A stretch of 64,000 bases of DNA from Nitrosopumilus sp. (GTDB lineage: Archaea; Thermoproteota; Nitrososphaeria; Nitrososphaerales; Nitrosopumilaceae). The translations under genes and the position numbers were made by a program. Location of the stretch: NCBI GenBank assembly GCA_965238275.1, contig OZ250186.1, positions 2,144,001-2,208,000 of the forward strand, written 5' to 3'. This document shows, in pieces, positions 48,891 to 59,380 of this stretch. Numbering within the stretch: position 1 is the stretch's first letter; each line of letters starts with the position of its first letter. Under the pieces are notes generated by a model that did not search any database, had not been told where the DNA came from, and worked only from the letters and a program-made list of their open reading frames with translations.

Positions 48891-50491
48891 GTAACTGTGT
48901 AGTTTTTTGATCAAATGGTGAATTCCATGCCTACAAAAAACTATGTATTTTTTTTAACATGGAACCAGATTCTCGCGCAGGACCGTGCAAAAATCATCTC
49001 CCCTTGCCTTGCATGTCTGCTTGATGCTCATCAGCACGGCAATCGCGTCTGCGCCCTTCTTTGACCTGCTCCCGTTGCTGTTCTTGCGAAGAATGACGTA
49101 CGGCCTGATGGCCCGCTCTGCCCGGTTGTTGTGGTATTCGACATCGTCTGTCTCCAGAAACGCAAACAGGTGATCCCTTTCCCGCACCAGCCTCTTGCGC
49201 ATCCTGTTGCAGTGCTTGCAGTCGCGGTCCTTCTCGAGCCTGCCTATCAGGAACGCGATGCGACGGTCCAGCCTCTTCTTTGTGGCAAGCGCGTCTGCTC
49301 CTCCCGGAATGGCACCGTCGACGTGCGAGTCCCACAGTATGCTGCGCAGCGTCCTTGCGTGCCGCCGGTAGTCCTGGCCGGGATTTTTGTATCTCAGGGT
49401 GTCCTTGATGTCCCGGGCGTAATGCAGGTGGCACTTTTGGTGCATGGTTCCTATGACGTTCCACGCTCCCCACGAGTCAGACGTCACGCATCCCGAATAG
49501 TCCTTGCCAAGCATCTTTTTTGGAACCTTCGAGTTCCTGCGGCGGTGTACCTCGTAGATTACGGCGTACTTTGTTACCACCGCCCACAGCCAATAGTTGG
49601 TGCCGTTGACGCGCCAGACAGACTCGTCCCCATTTATCGCAGGCGAGCGCCTCACCTCCTCCTTGATCTTCTCGTACAGCGGCCCAAGCTCCCGTGCCAT
49701 CCTGCACACCATGCGGTTTATGGCAGATTCGGTGATCCTTGCAGAGTACGTTAGCAGGACAATCTGGCATATCCTGAGGTCTGACATGCCGTGCAGCCTG
49801 AGGATGACCATCATTATCATAAAGTTGATCCCGTACCTGGAGTTTGGCAGTGCCAGCGGGGTCCTGCCGGACACGGTCTTCTTGCAGTTCCTGCAGCGCC
49901 TTCTCTTTACTGTCACCTTGATGTGCTCTAGTTCCACCCTGGCAGCCTCCCTTACGACCTTTGTGTACGTGGATACGCACTCGGAGAGGTCGGAGCTGCC
50001 GCAGTTGTCGCACGTGTGGGGATCTGCCGTCTCCTCCGCGTCTATTCTTTCAGGACGCCTGAGGCCGGTACGTCTGTGGTCGCTTGACTTGCCCTTGGCC
50101 TTTGTGCGGCGTCTGGCACCGCCGGTCTTTTTGTCAGGTTTTGCGCCGATGCTCCTTGCAACGGCAGCCGATATGACGCCCTTTGCTTCCTGCAACTCTG
50201 CCGTGAGGTCCCGGATCTGTCGGAGGGCGGCAGCGTAAAGATCAGCGAGATTGGCCAGCTGACGGTCTTTTTTGGCCAGCTGCCCTGCCATCATCTCCAC
50301 TTTTTCCTCCAGTTCTGCAATCCTTGACTCGGAATTATCATCAGGCATAATGCAAACCGTGGGAACTGATGATCTAAAAATTGGAATGGAGAGAAAAACT
50401 CGATCAAGTGATTAAAAATAGTTTCAAAAAAAACTACACAGACGTTTGTAGGCATGGAATTCAACGTTTGATCAAAAAACTACACAGTTAC
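48891..50491 (-). mobile_element. IS66-family single-ORF element, complete
   Basis: 47-bp TIR (45/47) starting GTAA. 8-bp TSD GAATACAC at 48883-48890 and 50492-50499. Confidence 0.95.
48954..50348 (-). CDS. IS66-family transposase
   Basis: NGDES, TSD, QKCHLHYAR and HNNRAERAIR protein motifs. Confidence 0.92.
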   Translation of the reverse strand: MPDDNSESRIAELEEKVEMMAGQLAKKDRQLANLADLYAAALRQIRDLTAELQEAKGVISAAVARSIGAKPDKKTGGARRRTKAKGKSSDHRRTGLRRPERIDAEETADPHTCDNCGSSDLSECVSTYTKVVREAARVELEHIKVTVKRRRCRNCKKTVSGRTPLALPNSRYGINFMIMMVILRLHGMSDLRICQIVLLTYSARITESAINRMVCRMARELGPLYEKIKEEVRRSPAINGDESVWRVNGTNYWLWAVVTKYAVIYEVHRRRNSKVPKKMLGKDYSGCVTSDSWGAWNVIGTMHQKCHLHYARDIKDTLRYKNPGQDYRRHARTLRSILWDSHVDGAIPGGADALATKKRLDRRIAFLIGRLEKDRDCKHCNRMRKRLVRERDHLFAFLETDDVEYHNNRAERAIRPYVILRKNSNGSRSKKGADAIAVLMSIKQTCKARGDDFCTVLRENLVPC

Positions 50492-50613
50492 GAATACACC
50501 AGATGCCATGCTTTGGACCAGTTTTCCAAACCCATCAAGACACGCATGGGGCCACAGGCCAGGCGTCATCAGACAACATGCAAAAGGCCGGCGCCTATCA
50601 GGAATTTTCCGGC

Positions 50614-51576
50614 TCAGATCTCCATGGAGTCAAGCATTGAGGAGATATCGGTGGTCGGAAAACCGTCTCTGGAGATCTGCTGCTTTGCAGGCGAGTTTTC
50701 AATGTAGTTTGGAATGGTCCCCTGGAGTCGTCTGTCGTACGGCGTAATGCCGTCATTCCTGTAAAAGACGCCTATTGGTATCCGGTCCCCCCATTCCAGG
50801 GACTTTACCAGTGCCTGGCTCAGCTTGTGGTTTAGGTCGCCCTCGGTGGCATGGCGGACCATCGGGTTGTAGCCAGTATCCTCCAGCTTGTAGATTCTAG
50901 AGTGCCTCTTCTGTGCCTCATCAACCAGGTCCACGCCGGCGTACCAGTCCCTTGTGTTGATGTCGTTGTACGTGGGGCACGGCTGCAGCACATCCAGAAA
51001 TGACAGCCCCTTGTGTTCGACTGACTGGATTATCAGATCCTTCAGATGCCGGACGTCATACGAGTATCCCCGTGCAACAAACGTAAAGCCGCTTGTCACT
51101 GCCAGCCCTATCGGGTTTACATTGTAGTTGGTGTTGGGAGAGGGGAGCGACTTTGTCTGCTCGCCAAGCTTCATGGTGGGCGATGCCTGTCCCTTTGTCA
51201 GGCCGTACACCCCGTTGTCAAATATGATGTACGTCATGTCGACATTGCGTCTTCCGGCTGCAACAAAATGACCGGCGCCGATTCCCAGTCCGTCCCCGTC
51301 GCCACCCACTGCAACAACGTTCAGATCATTGTTTGCTATCTTTGCGCCCTGGGCAAATGTCAGTACCCTGCCGTGTAGCGTGTGGACGCCATACGTGTTG
51401 ATAAAGTGCGAGGTCTTGCCGGAACATCCGATGCCGGAGAATATCACGGTCCTGTCCCTCCGGATTCCTATCTCCGCCAGGGCCATCTGGATGGCGTTTA
51501 CTATCCCAAAGTCGCCACATCCGGGACACCAGTCGTTGTGCACGTCGGTCTTAAAGTCGGCAATCTTAAGCGCCAT
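50614..51576 (-). CDS. 2-oxoacid:ferredoxin oxidoreductase beta subunit
   Basis: WCPGCGD and the GGDGD TPP motif. Confidence 0.93.
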   Translation of the reverse strand: MALKIADFKTDVHNDWCPGCGDFGIVNAIQMALAEIGIRRDRTVIFSGIGCSGKTSHFINTYGVHTLHGRVLTFAQGAKIANNDLNVVAVGGDGDGLGIGAGHFVAAGRRNVDMTYIIFDNGVYGLTKGQASPTMKLGEQTKSLPSPNTNYNVNPIGLAVTSGFTFVARGYSYDVRHLKDLIIQSVEHKGLSFLDVLQPCPTYNDINTRDWYAGVDLVDEAQKRHSRIYKLEDTGYNPMVRHATEGDLNHKLSQALVKSLEWGDRIPIGVFYRNDGITPYDRRLQGTIPNYIENSPAKQQISRDGFPTTDISSMLDSMEI

Positions 51577-53479
51577 GTGTCAGGATCTCCTTCTTGTCGG
51601 CCTTGTTCTGGACGATTCTCTTAAGCGAGTCATAAATCTCGGTGCATGTCATGGATCTGCCGGTATATTTTAGGATGTAGTAGTCAGGATCCCGTCCGGT
51701 GTTCATCTTGAATAGTTTTCCCATCTGTGCAGAATAGTTGGCCTCCACATCAATTATTGTTTTGACATTGCCAATTAATGATTGTATGTACGCGGCAGGG
51801 AACGGGTGCAGCAGCTTCATCTCGATGAGCCCCACAGTGATTCCCTCTTTTTTGAGCATCCTGATTGCATCAAGTATGGGCCCCTTGGCCGAGCCCCACG
51901 AGATCACAGTATGCTCATGGATTCCGTACGAGACTGCCTGCTCGGATTCCGGAATGCTCTTCAGTATAAGGTCAAGGCGGGACATTCTCTTGTCCATCAT
52001 GGCTATGCGCATCTCGGGATCCTCGGTAATGTGACCGTGCTCGTCGGATTCGTCCCCGGTGTTCCAGAATATTCCGTCGTCTGCGCCCAGATACGAGCGC
52101 GGGGATATGCCGTCATAGGTAAACCTGAACCTTTGATAGTCATCATCATCAACACGCTCCAGCAGCTTGCCGCGATCGATTGATATCCTTGCGGGTTCAA
52201 ACCGCCTGCATGTGACTACCGAGCTTGCAAGGAACTTGTCCATCATGTGGATTACCGGAACCTGAAAGACATCGGCATAGTTGAAACACCTTCCGGTGTC
52301 GTAAAAGCTCTCCTCGATGGTGCCAGACGCGTAGACGATCTTTGGAAAATCCCCGTGTCCGGCGTGGACTGCAAAGAGCAAGTCATCCTGCCCGTGCCTC
52401 GTTGGAAGTCCGGTGGAGGGTCCGCTTCTCTGATAGTTGGTAATGACGATTGGGACCTCGTTGATTCCCGCCCATCCCAGGGATTCGGCCATCAGCGAGA
52501 ATCCCGGACCGGACGTGCATGTTGCAGAACGGGTCCCGGTCAGCGCGCCTCCGATGGTCATCCCGATTGCACACATCTCGTCCTCAGTCTGCATCACTAC
52601 AGTGGAACCTGCCTGGGAGCCGTCCACATCCAGAACTGCATTTGACTCCAGATAGGACGACTCGTCAGAGGCAGGGGTAATCGGATAGTAGGGCTGGAAT
52701 CTGCACCCGCACGCCATCTTTCCCAGCGCGGTGCCCTGGAATCCCTGCACCAGTATGGTATGGGACCGTTTTTTCACCGGGTGTAGTTTGTGGGGGAATT
52801 CTACAGGCTGCCTGCTCATGTAGTCATAGGAGTGTGTGGCTGCCTGCTTGTTTAGCATGGCAATTGCAGGCTTTTTTGCAAATATCACACCAATGGAGTC
52901 AAGCAGTAACTTGGACGGTACCCTGAGCAGCCCCAGCGACAGCGAGACGGCAATCACATTGTACATCCTCACCAGGCCCCGCAGCCTTGGGTTGCCTGTC
53001 TCCTCTGCAAGACGTGCAAGCAGTCCCTTGAAGGACACAGGATACAGGTGGACGCCATTGTCTTTTGCGACCTCCAGTGCCCCGGATATGGTAAACGGCT
53101 TTCCCTTGGACTCAAGAAACGCATGCAGTCGGTTCCGGAACGACTCGTCAAGGGTCATGACTCTGCTGGTATCAACACCGTCCAGATCCGAATCATAGAT
53201 AATTCCGCCGCCTGGCAGTACGTCGTTAAAATGTCGAAATATGGTCTCTGCGTCAAACGAGGCCATCAGGGTTATGCTGTTGGTACTGGATGAAATCTCC
53301 TCGTCTGATATCCGGACTGCAAAGTAGCTGTGCTCCCCCTTGATGTTTGAATAGAACTCCCTCTTGCCAAACACGGCATACCCTTCCTCTGCACAGACAC
53401 GCGTGAATATGTTTGCGCCGGATTCGACTCCACTGCCCTGTGGGCCTCCGACAAGCCAAGTAAAATCAGTCAAATCCAT
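51566..53479 (-). CDS. 2-oxoacid:ferredoxin oxidoreductase alpha subunit
   Basis: YPITP, TSGPG and [10 protein letters not shown]. Confidence 0.93.
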   Translation of the reverse strand: MDLTDFTWLVGGPQGSGVESGANIFTRVCAEEGYAVFGKREFYSNIKGEHSYFAVRISDEEISSSTNSITLMASFDAETIFRHFNDVLPGGGIIYDSDLDGVDTSRVMTLDESFRNRLHAFLESKGKPFTISGALEVAKDNGVHLYPVSFKGLLARLAEETGNPRLRGLVRMYNVIAVSLSLGLLRVPSKLLLDSIGVIFAKKPAIAMLNKQAATHSYDYMSRQPVEFPHKLHPVKKRSHTILVQGFQGTALGKMACGCRFQPYYPITPASDESSYLESNAVLDVDGSQAGSTVVMQTEDEMCAIGMTIGGALTGTRSATCTSGPGFSLMAESLGWAGINEVPIVITNYQRSGPSTGLPTRHGQDDLLFAVHAGHGDFPKIVYASGTIEESFYDTGRCFNYADVFQVPVIHMMDKFLASSVVTCRRFEPARISIDRGKLLERVDDDDYQRFRFTYDGISPRSYLGADDGIFWNTGDESDEHGHITEDPEMRIAMMDKRMSRLDLILKSIPESEQAVSYGIHEHTVISWGSAKGPILDAIRMLKKEGITVGLIEMKLLHPFPAAYIQSLIGNVKTIIDVEANYSAQMGKLFKMNTGRDPDYYILKYTGRSMTCTEIYDSLKRIVQNKADKKEILTHGA

Positions 53480-53517
53480 AACACAACACGTCAGTTCTAG
53501 CGCATAAATGAGTTTTT

Positions 53518-53661
53518 CTAACCACCGGTGGCAGCATCAAACAGGGCACATTCGCATTTGTCGCGCTCTCCACAGTACGGACACACGCACATGCACATCT
53601 CAATGGAGTTGCCACACAGCATGCATGTTTCGAATTCCTCCTTCTCGTCGGCGCTAGGCAT
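53518..53661 (-). CDS. Small Cys-rich protein (47 aa)
   Basis: CMLC, CMCVCPYC and CEC; TTTATA box upstream. Confidence 0.65.
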   Translation of the reverse strand: MPSADEKEEFETCMLCGNSIEMCMCVCPYCGERDKCECALFDAATGG

Positions 53662-53712
53662 GCTGGCTTTAGACAAGAATCGTATAAATGGTTTAAGCCA
53701 TGAATTCAGGAT

Positions 53713-54681
53713 ATGAAAAGAAAGGTGTTCATAACAAGAAAAATTCAGGACGCTGCACTGGCAGAACTGAACAGCAAGTATCAGGTGGATGTGCATTCGG
53801 GGGAGCGGCCTGCCACCCGTGAAGAGTTGCAGTCAGGAACAAGGGATGCAGACGGGCTGATCTGCTTTCCATACGACAGGATTGACCAGAAGATCATCGA
53901 TTCTGCAAGGAATCTAAGGGTCATCAGTACGTACAGCGTCGGATTTGAGCACATAGACGTAGGGCATGCCAGGAACAGGGGAATCAGAATAGGGTACACC
54001 CCAAACGTGCTGACTGATGCGACTGCCGATATGACGTTTGCGCTCCTGCTTGACCTGTTCAGAAGGGTGTCAGCAGGGGACAGGGTTATGCGGGAGGACA
54101 GATGGGTGTCAGTCTATGCGCCAACTGAGTATCTTGGGACTGATCCCCAGGGCAAGACGCTCGGGATTCTGGGCATGGGCAGGATTGGCCGGGCAGTAGC
54201 CAAAAGGGCAGACGCATTTGGCATGAAGACAGTATACCACAACAGGCAACGCCTGCAGGACCCGCAAGAGAGGTCGCTGGGAATAGAATACGTATCCTTT
54301 GATGAGCTGGTCACACGGAGTGATGTCATCTCAATCCACACGCCGCACACTGCAGAGACTGAACACCTGTTTGATGCGGATGTCTTTGCCAGAATGAAGA
54401 GGACTGCATACCTCATCAACACTGCAAGGGGGAGAATAGTCAACGAAAGGGATCTGGCAGCTGCCCTGAGGGACGGGATCATTGCAGGTGCGGGACTGGA
54501 TGTCTTTGAGACTGAGCCCATCAACGGAGAAAACCCCCTGCTAAAGCTGCAAAACGTGGTGCTGTCCCCCCACATGGGTAGCGCCACAACGGAGACAAGG
54601 GCAAGAATGGTCGAGATCGTAATCAGGAATCTGGATCTTGGGATGGACGGCAGGAAGCCTGCATACTCTGTGGAATATTAG
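53713..54681 (+). CDS. D-2-hydroxyacid dehydrogenase (glyoxylate reductase-like)
   Basis: GMGRIG, NTARG, LDVFETEP and PHMGS. Confidence 0.92.
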   Translation: MKRKVFITRKIQDAALAELNSKYQVDVHSGERPATREELQSGTRDADGLICFPYDRIDQKIIDSARNLRVISTYSVGFEHIDVGHARNRGIRIGYTPNVLTDATADMTFALLLDLFRRVSAGDRVMREDRWVSVYAPTEYLGTDPQGKTLGILGMGRIGRAVAKRADAFGMKTVYHNRQRLQDPQERSLGIEYVSFDELVTRSDVISIHTPHTAETEHLFDADVFARMKRTAYLINTARGRIVNERDLAAALRDGIIAGAGLDVFETEPINGENPLLKLQNVVLSPHMGSATTETRARMVEIVIRNLDLGMDGRKPAYSVEY

Positions 54682-54817
54682 AATTCGGCCATGGCAGACG
54701 TACGGACAAGATTGTGCAGGACAGGACTTGTGCAGGACAATCAAACACGGCGGGAACCCACGCCGGACTGGTCATACATGCGCAGTTTTTATATCCATGG
54801 CACGATGTATAATCATA

Positions 54818-54904
54818 TTGAAGAAGTTCAAGCACACCAATGAAGAATTAGAGTTAGCCAAGATACAGTCTGAGAAAGAGAAGAAGCGGAAATCCCAGAA
54901 CTAG
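54818..54904 (+). CDS. Possible 28-aa charged peptide
   Basis: TTG start about 25 bp after TTTTTATAT; MKKFKHTNEELELAKIQSEKEKKRKSQN. Confidence 0.35.
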   Translation: MKKFKHTNEELELAKIQSEKEKKRKSQN

Positions 54905-54942
54905 TGTCTTTCACCCACCTGCCTGTACGGCAGGGGTTTTTT

Positions 54943-55332
54943 TTAAAATTGAATCTTTGAAGGATACCTCTGATGCAGCCCGTCATACAGTTCCATTCGC
55001 TCTGGAATCAGCACGCCGGACTGGTCATACATGCGCGTAAAGAATGCTGCCAGGACCCGCTGTCCGTCCCTGTTAAAGAACCGCACACTGAAGCTTGTTC
55101 GCCCGGGCCGCGGTTCCTTGACAAACTCGGCGGATTCTATGGACTCGGAGTTAATATGCATGTGTGCCGGATCGTCGTTTTCCCCCAGCGTGATCCACTT
55201 GTCCTTCTGCCGTATTCCCAGATGGTTGCTTCTTACCTCGCTTACGGCACCATCACTCTTTACGATAAACAGCACATCGTCAATTCCCACAATCTCAGAT
55301 AGCAGTTCCAAAAGCATGCATGGGTATTTCAT
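54943..55332 (-). CDS. ChuX/HutX-like heme carrier family protein
   Basis: GAVSE, HMHIN and SFSVRFFN..G...LAAF. Confidence 0.7.
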   Translation of the reverse strand: MKYPCMLLELLSEIVGIDDVLFIVKSDGAVSEVRSNHLGIRQKDKWITLGENDDPAHMHINSESIESAEFVKEPRPGRTSFSVRFFNRDGQRVLAAFFTRMYDQSGVLIPERMELYDGLHQRYPSKIQF

Positions 55333-55342
55333 CAAAGTTATT

Positions 55343-55624
55343 TCAGTTTTTGGGATCCGGGGTGTCAATCTGCACAAGATCGTCCGGATCTCCGCGGATG
55401 CAGTCAGTGCCGACTGCCTTGACCGGGGAAAACGTCATCACGCCCCGCGGAATCTTTCCGCCGTCCTGAAGTATGGTAATCCTGTCGGATATGTCCTGTC
55501 GGTGCCTCTCGCAGGCAAGCCCCACCATGTATTCGTCGGCACCTGCAACTATCGAGACGATGAATCTGGGGGGATTCACACACTGCCTTTTCTTGCTTAC
55601 CACAGAGCACCTGTCAGGCATCAT
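55343..55624 (-). CDS. Hypothetical Cys-containing protein
   Basis: ORF directly upstream of the HutX-like gene. Confidence 0.65.
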   Translation of the reverse strand: MMPDRCSVVSKKRQCVNPPRFIVSIVAGADEYMVGLACERHRQDISDRITILQDGGKIPRGVMTFSPVKAVGTDCIRGDPDDLVQIDTPDPKN

Positions 55625-55671
55625 AAGGCCAGTCGGCGCCTGTTTGATATTAATCTTGGTCGGACGGTGGA

Positions 55672-55727
55672 AAACGATGCGGCCCCAAACGATGCGGCCC
55701 CAAACGATGCGGCCCCAAACGATGCGG
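55672..55727. repeat. 15-bp tandem repeat AAACGATGCGGCCCC x3.7
   Basis: Directly visible; no spacers. Confidence 0.95.
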
Positions 55728-55809
55728 TGGCAAAAATTCACCCCATGCAGGATGAATTCGTCTGAGGAATACGGAGTTTATTACAGAGACAGGCCAAATA
55801 TGAATACTG

Positions 55810-57117
55810 TTGAACAGCGAGTTTGATGTTGCAATCATAGGAGGGGGAATCCTTGGAACCTCGATATCATATTTTGTATCGGCCCTGAACGAATCAAAAA
55901 GGATAGCAGTGATAGAGCAGGCCGGGAGCGTCGCATTTCATACAAGCGGAAGAAACACCGGAAAGGTTCATGCGCCATACCTGTACGACCCGGCAAGGAA
56001 GCGGCTTCTTGCAAGGGCCGCCTTTGACGGGTACGGCATGTGGGAGGAGTACTCCAGGATGAAAGGCCTGCCGTTCAGAAGGGATGGGGTGCTTGAAGTC
56101 GCACTGGACAGGGATGACGTGCAGGTGCTTGAAAAGTATCTCAGATGGGGAAGGCAGAACGGACTGGAGGATTCGGACATTGAGATTCTGGACGGGGGCG
56201 ATTTGAAGAGAACCGAGCCGGAGATACGGTGCGAGGCGGCGCTCAGGGTGCGCAGGGATGCATCCACAGACTATGCTGCACTGTCCGGTGCGCTGATGAC
56301 GGACAGCCAGGAAAACGGCACGAAGTTTCTTATGAACTCGACTGTCACCGGGATAAAAAAGGGCGGCGCCAAGTGGGAGATCACGTTAAACAACGAGAAC
56401 GTGATTCTTGCAGATCTGTTGATTAATGCAGCCGGCGGCAGGGCAGTGGATATCGCGCACGATGCAGGAGTTGCACACAACCTTACGGATGTGCATTTCA
56501 GGGGGGAGTACTGGAAGGCCCCTGAGGAGTACTCCGGACTGACCAAGACCAGCGTGTATTCGGTTCCGGAATTTCCAGAATATCCGTTTCTGGATCCCCA
56601 CTGGATCATCAGGGCCGACGGCAGCTGTGAGATCGGTCCGAATGCGGTTCCCGTGTTCAGTCCATACGGGTATGACACAATGGAGAACATCAAGGAGTTT
56701 GTGCCAAAGATGCTTGAGATGCTCGGCTCCGGCGCAAGAAAGGCAGTCTTTAACAGGCAGTTTCAGGAACTTGCAATCAGCGAGATTCAGTCATCCATGT
56801 CAAAGACGGCGATGGTCGACAGGGTAAGAAGATTCCTGCCTAGAATCAATCCGAACAGGATCACCGAGAGGGGGACGGCCGGCATCCGATCGTCAGTGAT
56901 TGACGAGAACGGGACGTTCATCCCTGATGCAGTCTGCATCGAGGGCGACTCGTCATTTCACATTCTCAACTACAACTCCCCGGGTGCCACAGGCGCGCTT
57001 CCGTTTTCGGCATACGTGGTCAGCACGCTCGATGAGAAGGGACTCATCAGCAACGAGCATCAAGATGCAAGATGCGGACCGTGGCAGTTCTCAGAGATTG
57101 TAGGGGGCATGGCGTGA
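55810..57117 (+). CDS. FAD-dependent oxidoreductase (L-2-hydroxyglutarate oxidase-like)
   Basis: IIGGGILG, HTSGRNTGKVH, FRGEY and NSPGAT. Confidence 0.88.
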   Translation: MNSEFDVAIIGGGILGTSISYFVSALNESKRIAVIEQAGSVAFHTSGRNTGKVHAPYLYDPARKRLLARAAFDGYGMWEEYSRMKGLPFRRDGVLEVALDRDDVQVLEKYLRWGRQNGLEDSDIEILDGGDLKRTEPEIRCEAALRVRRDASTDYAALSGALMTDSQENGTKFLMNSTVTGIKKGGAKWEITLNNENVILADLLINAAGGRAVDIAHDAGVAHNLTDVHFRGEYWKAPEEYSGLTKTSVYSVPEFPEYPFLDPHWIIRADGSCEIGPNAVPVFSPYGYDTMENIKEFVPKMLEMLGSGARKAVFNRQFQELAISEIQSSMSKTAMVDRVRRFLPRINPNRITERGTAGIRSSVIDENGTFIPDAVCIEGDSSFHILNYNSPGATGALPFSAYVVSTLDEKGLISNEHQDARCGPWQFSEIVGGMA

Positions 57118-57209
57118 ATCGGTATGCGGCGGAATTGCCATGCGTACAACAGGCCTGCATCAGTGGCCGAACCACCGCAGGGCATCCCCTAAAGACGGCA
57201 TGGGATGAA

Positions 57210-57310
57210 TGGCGCCGGGAGGGAGATTTGAACTCCCGATCCCTTGCGAGAACGCGCTTTATGGTGTATCATTTCCAGGCGCGCGCCCTACCAGGCTAGG
57301 CGACCCCGGC
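57210..57310 (-). tRNA. tRNA-Ser(GGA) with 14-nt intron at 37/38 (57259-57272), CCA encoded
   Basis: Long variable arm; anticodon stem CGCGC/GCGCG encloses 21 nt. Confidence 0.9.
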
Positions 57311-57371
57311 ACAAGTCTTACGACAGGGGTGCTTGGGGGAATCTGATTATAAATTGTGTCATGCCTTCGGC

Positions 57372-57797
57372 CTACAGGATTGTGACTGTAGTTGATGCGG
57401 CGACATCGTGCCCTGCGTGTATCTTGTAGATGCCGGAGATGATCGGCGTTCCATCATACTGGATCGGAGTCCATGATATGTACCACTCGTCTCCGGGATT
57501 GAGCGTTTGTTCCACCTCCCCTGCAAGGGGAGCAAATATGGCGACGCCTGCAAGACCGGTAACACGTAATCCATACGAGTCATCAGGAAAACTCAGCGGA
57601 AGCGTCCCGGAGTTTATGACGCGGATCTCAATCTTCTCGCCCGGCGCATAAACGGACTTGTCTGTAACGACAGACAGCGAATGCCCCTCCACATACGTCA
57701 CCTGGTTGGTATCCTTCAGACCTGCAAGATACACGCCAAAGAGCAGTCCGGAGACGACGCCGACTGCGATAAAGACGACGAGGGTTCTTGCTAACAA
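57372..57797 (-). CDS. Membrane-anchored Ig-like hypothetical protein
   Basis: N-terminal TM helix, then TDKSVY.PGE...W...G.Y. Confidence 0.72.
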   Translation of the reverse strand: MLARTLVVFIAVGVVSGLLFGVYLAGLKDTNQVTYVEGHSLSVVTDKSVYAPGEKIEIRVINSGTLPLSFPDDSYGLRVTGLAGVAIFAPLAGEVEQTLNPGDEWYISWTPIQYDGTPIISGIYKIHAGHDVAASTTVTIL

Positions 57798-57821
57798 CGG
57801 TTACGGTGTGTCGTATCTGTT

Positions 57822-58823
57822 TTAATCCTTTGGCATAACAGGCTTGGTACGCCATTTCTTGGGATATGTGTTGGGGGGCATTATGATTCGTTTTGTCTCA
57901 AAGGCATGCCCCTTCGCAGCCTCGTCGATCTCCTCGGCAGACATTGTCGACTCTGCCAGTGCAACTGCCTCCCCCTTTTGGGTATACACGCCGACCAGAT
58001 CCCCCTGTTTCAGTCCTCTGGAGACCTGCAGGATTCCGGGCACCGCCAGCTGTGCGCCGTGACACATCGCATCAACTGCCGAGTCACGAATAACCACAGA
58101 CTTTATCTCGCTGAGTGCAGTCTCCACGGGTTTTATCATCCTCATCAGCTTGCTGCCATCCCCGTCATCATTCCATGTGGCAAACGCGTCTGCCAGTTCG
58201 TGCATCGTCACCAGGCCGTCAGTCTCCCGGAACTGGCCCACCCTGGTCCGTCTCAGTTCCACCATGGTCGAGCCGGGCCCCAGCACCTCGCCCACATCAT
58301 AGTACAGTTTTCTTATGTAGGTGCCTGCCTCGCACAGGATGCGGGTCAGCAGCAGCCTCTCCTTCTGCTCAAGCACCTCAAACTCGTAGATGTGCCTGAT
58401 TCGGGTCTGCCTGAGTACGGCAGAGCGCTGCGGGGGCTTTTGGAAGATTGGCCCTTTGAACATCCCAATCACCTGTGCAAGCTTTTCAGGCGACGGCAGG
58501 GAGTGGATCCGGCCCAGCGCATGATACTCCTTTGGGCCAAGCAGCAGGACCCCCAGTGCCTTTGTAGCCTCTCCCAGTCCGAGCGGCAGGACCCCGGACA
58601 CCTGTGGATCAAGCGTTCCGCTGTGGCCAATCTTGGGTAGGTTCAGTATCCTCTTTGTCCATGCCACAGTCTCATGGCTTGTAGGACCAGGCGGCTTGTC
58701 CAGCAGTATTATTCCATAGCTGAGCAGCTGCTCGACTGTTCTCTTGTCGTAGTATGTGCCATATGCATCGTCTGTGATATCCTGATCAATTTCAACCAGA
58801 TTCTCAAGCTGTCTGAGCGTCAT
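57822..58823 (-). CDS. cbf5: Pseudouridine synthase Cbf5
   Basis: DKPPGPTSH, GHSGTLDP and a PUA domain. Confidence 0.94.
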   Translation of the reverse strand: MTLRQLENLVEIDQDITDDAYGTYYDKRTVEQLLSYGIILLDKPPGPTSHETVAWTKRILNLPKIGHSGTLDPQVSGVLPLGLGEATKALGVLLLGPKEYHALGRIHSLPSPEKLAQVIGMFKGPIFQKPPQRSAVLRQTRIRHIYEFEVLEQKERLLLTRILCEAGTYIRKLYYDVGEVLGPGSTMVELRRTRVGQFRETDGLVTMHELADAFATWNDDGDGSKLMRMIKPVETALSEIKSVVIRDSAVDAMCHGAQLAVPGILQVSRGLKQGDLVGVYTQKGEAVALAESTMSAEEIDEAAKGHAFETKRIIMPPNTYPKKWRTKPVMPKD

Positions 58824-59380
58824 AGCAGTCTCTTCACCGTATCCCTTGCAATATCAATTACCTGTTGCGCGGTAAGATGGTCAGTGTCAATCTTCAAATC
58901 AAAGACGGACTCGTCATATCCAAACTCAAATCTGTACAGGTTCTTGTACAGCGCCCTGTTCTTGTCAAAGCGGTTCTTTGTGACTGCAGATGCCTCGACG
59001 GGGCTCATATTGTCCCGGGATTGCATTCTTTTGGTGCTGCTTGCATGGGAGCCGTCAAGCCATATCTTTATGCCGCTGCCTACCAGCCACGGCAGCGTGT
59101 AGCTTGTGATTACCCTGCCTCCATCATTGAACAGACCCATCAGTTTCTGGTCCAGCTGCCTGTCAAACGTAGAGTCGCCCTCGCGCTGGTTGAGAAACTG
59201 CATTCCCTGCTGCGTGTCCCACCAGTCATCACCGTCAGGTTCAAACCCCTGCGTCCTAGCCATCTCCTTTAGGACGTCCCCGCCGCTGAGATACTCCATT
59301 CCAAACTCCGTTGCAAGGCCCTTTCCAACAGTAGTCTTGCCCACCGCCGGGGGTCCGGAGATTACAACAGATTTTGTCAA
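58820..59380 (-). CDS. cmk: Cytidylate kinase
   Basis: SGPPAVGKTT; gene order. Confidence 0.88.
   Translation of the reverse strand: MTKSVVISGPPAVGKTTVGKGLATEFGMEYLSGGDVLKEMARTQGFEPDGDDWWDTQQGMQFLNQREGDSTFDRQLDQKLMGLFNDGGRVITSYTLPWLVGSGIKIWLDGSHASSTKRMQSRDNMSPVEASAVTKNRFDKNRALYKNLYRFEFGYDESVFDLKIDTDHLTAQQVIDIARDTVKRLL

Noticed and set aside
55672-55727. Possible CRISPR array
   Set aside because: Repeats are 15 bp, head to tail, with no spacers and no cas genes.
57259-57272. Insert in the tRNA-Ser anticodon loop
   Set aside because: An ordinary canonical-position archaeal tRNA intron.
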